Source: Octopus sinensis
Taxonomy: Eukaryota
Reading direction: 5' to 3'
NCBI RefSeq assembly: GCF_006345805.1
Contig: NC_043001.1
Location: 130,138,001 to 130,202,000, forward strand
DNA: 64,000 bases
Shown: positions 55,790 to 64,000 of the stretch, one piece after another
Layout of the letters: each line of letters starts with the position of its first letter
Position numbering within the stretch: position 1 is the first letter of the stretch
Position numbers and translations under genes: made by a program
The notes under the pieces: model-generated
The model's database searches: none
What the model was told of the DNA's origin: nothing
The model's input: only the letters and a program-made list of their open reading frames with translations

Positions 55790-56110
55790 CTTGTGTCGGT
55801 GGCACATAAAAAAAAACACCATCCAAGCATGGCCGTTCGCCAGCCTCGTCTGGCACCTGTGTCGGTGGCACATAAAAAACACCATCCGAGCGTGGCCGTT
55901 CGCCAGCCTCGTCTGGCACCTGTGTCGGTGGCACATAAAATCACCCACTACACTCTCGGAGTGGTTGGCGTTAGGAAGGGCATCCAGCTGTAGAAACACT
56001 GCCAGATCTGACTGGCCTGGTGCAGCCTTCAGGCTCCCCAGACCCCAGTTGAACCGTCCAACCCATGCTAGCATGGAAAGTGGACGTTAAACGATGATGA
56101 TGATGATGAT
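55790..56110 (+). mobile_element. Young RTE 3' end with ~60-bp tandem repeats
   Basis: Same subfamily as 31690-32212. Confidence 0.9.
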
Positions 56111-57298
56111 GAATCAAAACCTCAAGGCTACAAGATAATGCAGGAAAATTTCGAAACAATGGGAATAAATAGGCATTACATTTGATAGAATAGTCTGAAT
56201 ACTAAAAGGATTGAGTATCCAATGAAACATTGTTATTATATTCTTAATTAGCTGAAGCAGAAGCATGGCTATTAACTAAAGGATGTTAACCATTATACTA
56301 TGGAAATCAGATATAAATCCACTCAAAATTTTATTACCTTAAACTGTGGAAGCTTGCTTCCCAGTCTCATGGCTCTGGGTTCAGTCCCACTGCATGGCAC
56401 CTTGGGTAAGGGTCTTCTACTGTAGCCTCAGGCTGACCAATGCTTTGTGAATGGATTTGGTAGATGGAAACTGAAAGAAGCCTGTTGTATACACACACAC
56501 AATACACATGTATATATATGTGTGTGTGTTTGTATATATATATGTCCATGTGTGTTAATACTTGTGTTTGTGTTTGCTCCCATCCCCCACCCCACTGGCT
56601 TAACAACTTGTGTTGTCTTATTTACATCCTAGTAACTTAGCAGTTCATCAAAAGAGTCCAACAGAATAAGTACCGATTTAAAAAAAAATAATAATAAAAA
56701 CAAGTTCTGAGGTTGATTTGTTTGACTAAACTACTGTAGCATGGCTACAGTCTGGTGACAGACACTCATCCTTTTTATGAGAATCTGGGACCACATTATC
56801 AAATACCCTTTATTTTTGTGCTATTGTGCTATTGTCACAGGTGGTGGTCACAGTGGAAGCAAACAAGGTGAACTCTGTCAGATACCAAGAAGTTATTCCT
56901 CTCCACTTAACATTCATGATATGTGCCTCAGCACAATGTGTGGAGTTAATGTGGTTATTGATTAATGAGCTTGTTAATTAAGACATGACTGTTTCTGCAA
57001 ATTTAGCAACAGATGCTGGAAAACAACACCAAAACGGTGTGACAGGCAGGTGGCTAGCAACATTGAGAAAGTTTCCTTTCTATGAGAATGGGGTTGTAGT
57101 TTGCATGCTTCCGTTTCTTAGAGAAGGTAATTATAGGAGAGATTTTAATTTATGTTATTTTGATATCATATACATACATATATATGTCCATATACATACA
57201 TATATATATAGGCCCTTCAGCCTTTAAAAGTTAAATAGCTACAGCCTCTTGTAAATAGCAGTAATGTGATTAATGTGGCAAATACCTAATCATATAAC

Positions 57299-57591
57299 AA
57301 GAATTGATACCTACCTCATTGTGTTCAACCATTGATAAATTTATCGCCTGTGAATATGAAATTCTTCTTAATTTCTCTGGAAATTTACATCTACACCATT
57401 GGAAATTGTGCATCTATACAAAGGATTAATTCACCCTCTCTGTAATGCTAATAAGCAGGAATTGAGACCCACCTCGTTGTGATTAACAATGGATAAATTT
57501 GTCGTCTGTGAGTATGTAATCCCTCCTCATATCTCTGGAAATTCATATGTGCACTATGGATTAGGTCACCTTCTCTGTGATGCTATTAAAA
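57299..57591. repeat. Diverged tandem duplication (57299-57457 and 57458-57591)
   Basis: Both units run gaattga.acc.acctc.ttgtg...gataaattt.tcg.ctgtga.tatg...tctctg.aat. Confidence 0.7.
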
Positions 57592-57999
57592 CTTTTTTAA
57601 AATTCTGTGATAAGACTGTACATCATCTTTAAAGAACTTTAATGAACTTTGGAAATCTGTTTATGTTACTTAATTATCTACATTACTTCATGAGTATAGC
57701 CTCAACCACTAGGATGTCTAGAGAACTCACATTATTTTAGCTGATGAGTACGGGACACGTTTTATGCTGTAATTTTTTGCAACATTTAATAAAGCCTGTC
57801 CTTGTATGAAACGATTGTACTAAAAACCTATCCATTCTTGTTGCTTCTTTCTCGCTTATAATCACCCCACATTACTGTATTGTTAAAACAGTATAGTTTT
57901 TTTTGGTGCATCTAAGTTAGGTACCATATTCAAGTAAATTCATTTAAATTAACTTGAATCTTTATTGCTTTTTGTATATATATATATATATATATATTA

Positions 58000-58925
58000 A
58001 TGCTGGTACTCACACTCGGCAGAGTGTAAGTACCTTGAGAGAAAAGCTGGACCTAAGAAGCATCAGTTGTGGTGTGCAAGAGAGACGTTTGCGCTGGTAT
58101 GGTCATGTGGCGAGAATGGATGAAGATAGTTGTGTGAAAAAGTGCCACACCCTAGCGGTTGAGGGAACCTGTGGAAGAGCACAGACCCAGGAAAACCTGG
58201 GACGAGGTGGTGTGAAGCACGACCTTCGAACTTTAGGTCTCACTGAGGAAATGACTAGAGACCGAGACCTCTGGAAGGTGTGTGCGCGATGAGAAGACCC
58301 GGCAGGACAAGTGAGTCCACAACCGTGGCCTCTACATGGGATGGAGCCAGCCTACGTATGCATACCTTCCCTTCTTGGGACACAAAACTTACTTGTGAAG
58401 ACGTGTTGAGGCAAGTGAGGATCAGAATCGAAATCGATCAATGGAATTGCGGATGTGCTACCAGTGCCGGTGGCATGTCGAAACTCTGCTTGTGAAGACC
58501 CATTGAGGCAAGTGAGGATCAGAATCGAAATCGATCAATGGAAATCGATCAATGGAAATTGCAGATGTGTTACCAGTGCAGGTGGCATGTAAGAGAACTT
58601 TCCGTTTCGCGACCGTTGCCAGCACCGCCCCGTTTCGTGTCCGTTGCCAGCCTCGCTGGCCCTCGTGCCGGTGGCACATAAAAAGCACCATCCGTCGTGG
58701 CCGTTTGCCAGCTCTGTCTGGCACCAGTGCGGGTGGGTGGCACGTAAAAAGCACCCACTACACTCACGGAGTGGTTGGCGTTAGGAAGGGCATCCAGCCG
58801 TAGAAACACTGCCAGATTTGACTGGGCCTGATGAAGCCTTCTGGCTTCACAGACCCCAGTAGAACCGTCCAACCCATGCTAGCATGGAAAACGGACGCAA
58901 ATGATGATGATGATGATGATGATGA
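58000..58925 (+). mobile_element. 5'-truncated RTE LINE (ORF2 C-terminus, 3' UTR, (GAT)n tail) inserted in (TA)n
   Basis: HTRQSVSTLREKLDLRSISCGVQERRLRWYGHVARMDEDSCVKKCHTLAVEGTCGR..VKHDLRTLGLTEEMTRDRDLW, with two compensating frameshifts; duplicated ~65-bp unit in the 3' UTR. Confidence 0.93.
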
Positions 58926-59350
58926 TATATACACACACACACACACATATCACAAATTGTGAAGAATAGCTTACCATTTATTATGGGTTAGCAATAGGTC
59001 AGTAAATGGTTCATTGCATTCCTGAGGGCATGAGTGACAAGAGAGTATCTGGTTTCTCCATCATGGACTTCATTCAAAAAGCACCAGGTCTTCATTCACT
59101 GATGTGTACATCCTCTGCTGATAAATATTGGTACAAGAAGATACAAGCATAAACACATACACACACGTGTGTGTGTGTGTGGTGTGTGTGTGCGCATGTG
59201 TGTGTGCATGTGTGTGTGTGGTGTGTGTGTGTGTATAAAAATATATATAGTACATATATATATATAGTATATATATGTACATATAATATATATATATGTA
59301 CATATATATATAATATATAATATTATATATATATATATATATATATGTAC

Positions 59351-59383
<33 letters not shown>

Positions 59384-59624
59384 AATATATAATATATATA
59401 TTATATATATATATATATGTATTGGTCATCACACCACTGATTATACTCCAAAGCCCATGCCATTCCCTTGTCTCAATTAGGGGCTATAAATTTTTATCTG
59501 CGTTATATTACATCATAGTTTAATATATTAAAAGAATATGATAAAATTATTATATAATTTTATTATAACATATTGTATTACATCATGCATATTTTCTCTC
59601 TCTTTATCTATCTCTTAGCATATA

Positions 59625-60975
59625 TCATCGTCATCATCATCATCGTTTAGTGTCCGTTTTCCATGCTGGCATGGGTTGGACGGTTTTACTGAGGTCTGGA
59701 GAGCCAGTGGCTGCACCAGGCTCCAATCTGATCTAGCAATGTTTCTTCAGCTGGATGCCCTTCCTAATGCTAACCACTCTGAGAGTGTAGTGGATGCTTT
59801 TTATGTGCCACCAGCACAGGAGCCAGTCAGGCAGGACTGGCACCGATCACATTTGGATAGTGTTTTTTACATGCCACTGGCACGGGGTGGAGTGGGGTAA
59901 GTGTCAGTGGGTACTGGCATCAGCCACGTTCAGATGGTGGGTGCTTTTTACATGACACCAGCGCAGGAGCCAGTCAAGAGGTACTGGCATTGGCAACGTT
60001 TGGATGGTGCTTTTTACATGCCACCAGCATGGGGCCAGTCAGGTGGTCCTGGCATCAGTCATGTTTGGATAGCGCATCTTATATGCCACCAGCATGGAAG
60101 CCAGTCAGGGGCACTAGCCACAACTACGATATTGGTTTTACTTGACTCAACAGGTCCTCTCAATCTTATTATATCATCCGACACATCAGGGGCACTCTCA
60201 ACTGGGCTGAACATGCATGGCTGCGATCTCACTTTAGTTGCAGGATTTTCTCAATCACAGCATATCTCCAAAGGTCTCGGTCTCCTGTCATTGCCTCTGT
60301 GAGGCCCAATGTTCGAAGGTCATGCTTCACCACCTCATCCTATGTCTTCCTGAGTTTACCTCTTCCACAGATTCCTTCCACAGTTAGGGAGTGATACTTC
60401 CTCACATAGCTGTCCTCATCCATATGTAGCACATGACCATGCCAGTGCAATCGTCTCTCTTGCACACCACATTTGATGCTTCTTATGCCCAACTTTACTT
60501 TCAGGGGCTCTACACTCTGTCGTGTATGCACACTGGCATTACACATCCAGTGGATCATGCTAGCTTCATTTCTTTCAAGCCTACACATGTCCTCAGCAGT
60601 TATGATTCAGGTTTCACTACCATGTAGCATGGCAATTCACACACATGCATCATACAATCAACCTTTCATCCTGAGTGAGAAGCCCTTAGTTGCCAACAGA
60701 GGTAGGAGCACCCTGAACTTTTCCCAGGCTATACTTATTCTAGCCGCTACACTCTCAGAGCAACCACCCCCCACTACAAACTTGGTCGCCTAGATAGCGG
60801 AAGCTATTAACTACTTCTAGTTTCTCCTCCTGGCATGTGATGAAATCTATTTTCTGTACATTTTCAGTGTGTATTGCCCCTGGGTATCTGCCACACGCAA
60901 AAACTATCTTCCCGGTTAATCTTCACTTGATATTGCTGCACCTTTTATGTGCTCATAGCTTACACCGGGTACATA
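59625..60975 (-). mobile_element. Older RTE LINE 3' portion
   Basis: EKLEVVNSFRYLGDQVCSGGGCSESVAARIRIAWEKFRVLLPLLATKGFSLRM and CRLERNEASMIHWMCNASVHTRQSV...QERRLHWHGHV. Confidence 0.92.
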
Positions 60976-61060
60976 TGTGTGTGTGCATGTGTCTATATGT
61001 ATATAAGCTCCTTCTATAAAATAAAATATATATATATATATATATAGTATATAATATATA

Positions 61061-61215
61061 TACCGGAGTAAACACATAAATGTGAAACAAGGTGGAAAAA
61101 AGAGTACTCAAATACCAGTGGTAGAGTAATATGCTTTATTTAAAGCAGCAGAAAATTCAACAAAATCTGTTACTCTGAGTTTCTCGTTGCCGTTCATCAG
61201 ACAGTTTTTGTTAGA
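61061..61215 (-). mobile_element. Probable Penelope-like terminal repeat (pLTR) remnant
   Basis: Hammerhead-like motif at its 5' end, AATAAA downstream, flanked by (TA)n on both sides. Confidence 0.55.
61167..61204 (-). ncRNA. Minimal type I hammerhead ribozyme motif (stem II closing pair mismatched)
   Basis: CTGT-CTGATGA-ACG-GCAA-CGA-GAAA-CTC-A-GAG-TA-ACAG: stem I CUGU/ACAG, core CUGAUGA and GAAA, stem III with GUA cleavage triplet. Confidence 0.7.
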
Positions 61216-61412
61216 ATATATATATATGTATGTATATATATCTATATACATGTGATATTAGTTCTGCCCATGTATCGATCCCTGGAAAATACCCTGCTGT
61301 AAAGTATAATGTGGTATACAAATAACAGCATAAAGCTCTTAAATGCACATTACAAGGTTTCTACCCTAATTATGCTAAATATATAAGTGATGTATATCTC
61401 TATCTCTATCTA

Positions 61413-61484
<72 letters not shown>

Positions 61485-61485
61485 G

Positions 61486-61536
<51 letters not shown>

Positions 61537-61537
<1 letters not shown>

Positions 61538-61900
61538 CCTTTACATTTTTACTTGTTTCAGTCATTTTGACTGTGGCCATACTGGAGCACCACCTATAGT
61601 CGAGCACATCGACCCCAGGACTTATTCTTTATAAGCCTATTACTTATTCCATCAGTCTCTTTTGCCAAACCACTAAGTTACGAGGACATAACACACCAGC
61701 GTCAGTTGTGAAGTGATGTTGGGGTGACAAACACAGACACACAAATGTATACACACACTCACACATACATATATATATATATCTGATGGGCTGCTTTCAG
61801 TCTCCGTCTACTAAATTTACTCTCAAGGCTTTGGTCGAAGGTGCTGTGCAGTTGGACTGAACCCAGAATCATGGTTGGGAAGCAAGCTTCTTACAGCCAC
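61537..61900 (-). mobile_element. SINE family A (diverged)
   Basis: Tail ttttacttgtttcagtc to head ttacagccac. Confidence 0.85.
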
Positions 61901-61944
61901 ATATATAAATACATATGTATATATATATATTTGTATACCACTCA

Positions 61945-62044
61945 NNNNNNNNNNNNNNNNNNNNNNNNNNNNNNNNNNNNNNNNNNNNNNNNNNNNNNNN
62001 NNNNNNNNNNNNNNNNNNNNNNNNNNNNNNNNNNNNNNNNNNNN
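61945..62044. other. Assembly gap (100 N)
   Basis: Exactly 100 N, typical of a fixed-size scaffolding gap; distances across it are unknown. Confidence 0.99.
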
Positions 62045-62787
62045 AGTGTATATATAACTTTCTTCTTTTTATCCATAAACATTATATATATTATTTGCAT
62101 ATAATATGGATGGAATAGGTCACATATTAATATAATGAAAAGTTTTGCTGCTTTTCATAAATTTATCTATTGCTTCATAAGTTTATTATTATGTTTTTAT
62201 TTTTATATCTGTTAATGCTTTTATTGTATCTAATTAATTTAATACCCGGCTTATCCAAACATTTTGAGCCTCATTCAGCATTTCCAAGATAATAGAGATT
62301 CAGGCATAGTTATGCTACTGACATGGTTCCGTGTTTATGGAAATCCGTTTTTTAACCATACAGTCTTGAGTTATATCACAGACAAGTACCTTGGGTAAGT
62401 GTCTTCTACTCTAGCCTTGAGTCGATCAAAGCCTCGTCAAAAGAACTGGTAAGCAGAAACTGTATGGAAGCCCATCTCTTTCTCCTTCTCTAGTCATGAA
62501 TCTCCACTTCAATGAGACACTTGTTCCTGTGTTTCTGTCATACTTTAACTTCTCAATACCTGGCATAAACCCATGTTTTTCAGTACTACACTCTCACTCA
62601 TTTAAGGGGTTTGTCTTGTGAGTTAGTTGGTGACCACATTAGGGCTGGTGCCACGAGAAAAAAAAACAAACATCCAGTACACACAATATAGTAGTTGATA
62701 TTATGAAGGGCATCTAGTAATAGAAACCATGCCAAACCATCCAACCCATGCCAGTATGGAAAAACAGACTTTAAGTGATGATGATGA

Positions 62788-63125
62788 TGATCATCATCAT
62801 CATCGTTTAACGTCCGTTCTCCATGCTAGCATGGTTTGGACGGTTCGACCGGGGATCTGGGAAGCCAGAAGGCTGCACCAGGCTCCAGTCTGATCTGGCA
62901 GTGTTTCTACAGCTGGATGCGCTTCCTAACGCCAACCACTCCGTGAGTGTAGTGGGTGCTTTTTATGTGCCAGGTGAGGCTGGCAACAGCCATGATTGGA
63001 TTGGTGCTTTTTACATGCCACAGGCATGGAAGCCAGTCAAGGCGGCGTTGGTATCGGCCACGTTCGGATGGTGCTTTTTATGTGCCACCGGCACAGGGAT
63101 CACAATTGCAGTTTCCAATGATTTT
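62788..63125 (-). mobile_element. RTE 3' end, back-to-back with a short + strand 3' end (about 62700-62790)
   Basis: ...ccatgccagtatggaaaaacagactttaag(tga)n (tca)n tcgtttaacgtccgttctccatgctagcatgg. Confidence 0.85.
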
Positions 63126-63574
63126 TGATGTTGGTGTACTTGACATATTGGTCATGTTGTTGTACTTGTTGGTGTATTTGATGATGATATATAAATATGT
63201 ATATACTGATATATATATATATATATATATATATACTATATATATAAATACAAAATGGGACAAGAACGCAAAACAGCCGGACAGTTAGGTGATACAAAAA
63301 TGGGACAACAAAACATTCAGATAGACGATACAAAGAAAACGAGGACAGGTCATTCGAAGTTTTCTTTCCTCAGTCGAGTACCAGATTATCTTCGCAATTT
63401 CGGCTGATTATACTCGAGGGCAAACACCAACATTCCCAAATGGTTCACTTCAACAATTGTGGATATTCTCTTGGCATGAAACCATTGATTGCCTTCTTAA
63501 TCAACAAATACAGAATATTTATCTACCAATGTGGTGTTGAGCACCCATCTCACTATTTGATATATATATTTTAT

Positions 63575-63615
<41 letters not shown>

Positions 63616-63621
63616 ACACAG

Positions 63622-63660
<39 letters not shown>

Positions 63661-64000
63661 CATATATATATACATATATATAAATATATATAATATATAT
63701 ATATATTTTATATATATATATACATGCATATATACACATACATGTACATGCCTACATATATATGTATATATACATGCATATATTGGTACAGGTTGTCAAA
63801 AAAACCTGAACAACATGAGGAACAAGAACATAAAAAACAAAATTATGGAAAACAAAGAAAGAAACAAATAGAGTATATATATATATATAAGTGTATGAGT
63901 AGCAGTTTGTAGGAACAATAACTTCCCATAAGAAAAGCAATCCCTCAAATGTTTGCCAGCATGGAAAGCAAATTAAAAATGAAGATGATGATGGTGATAT

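Larger units (their letters stand above)
55099..59790 (+). repeat. ~370-bp direct duplication (55099-55468 and 59437-59790) including flank and RTE 3' end
   Basis: Shared unique flank and shared private substitutions in the RTE tail (gagccagtggctgc, ctagcaatgtttcttcag). Confidence 0.92.

Noticed and set aside
60870-60970. Strong + strand acceptor with a 33-codon open frame
   Set aside because: It lies antisense within the RTE remnant 59625-60975, which illustrates the false-positive rate of splice-site spotting here.
63340-63380. Second hammerhead-like string on the minus strand (CTGAGGA-AA-GAAA-ACTTCGAATG)
   Set aside because: No stem II, no properly placed UH cleavage site and no stem I pairing. 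It is at best a dead relic, though the host element (63248-63418) may be PLE-related.

Overview
AT-rich, microsatellite-dense eukaryotic DNA. The SINE and LINE repertoire matches my recollection of octopus (coleoid cephalopod) repeats; this is inference, with no database search. I recognise no complete protein-coding gene, tRNA/rRNA gene or CRISPR array, and almost all ORFs in the track are translations of simple repeats. Supported content: (i) many copies of at least four tRNA-head SINE families; (ii) RTE-clade LINE remnants (endonuclease, RT, C-terminus, and many 3' ends with a CCATGCTAGCATGG hairpin and (GAT)n tail); (iii) one CR1-like 3' fragment; (iv) a fold-back mariner derivative at the left edge; (v) Penelope-like (PLE) remnants, including a near-canonical minimal hammerhead ribozyme motif at 61167-61204 (-); (vi) three long fold-back palindromes; (vii) several local direct duplications of 45-370 bp; (viii) a 100-N scaffold gap. 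The window probably lies in long introns. Unverified exon candidates are a Cys-rich 123-nt exon at 6589-6711 (+), a terminal-like exon at 15511-15658 (-) and a series of + strand micro-exons. The best leads are the hammerhead-bearing PLE terminal repeat, the fold-back/inverted-repeat dsRNA landscape and the micro-exon series. Family labels A-D are my own working names, and repeat boundaries are approximate.
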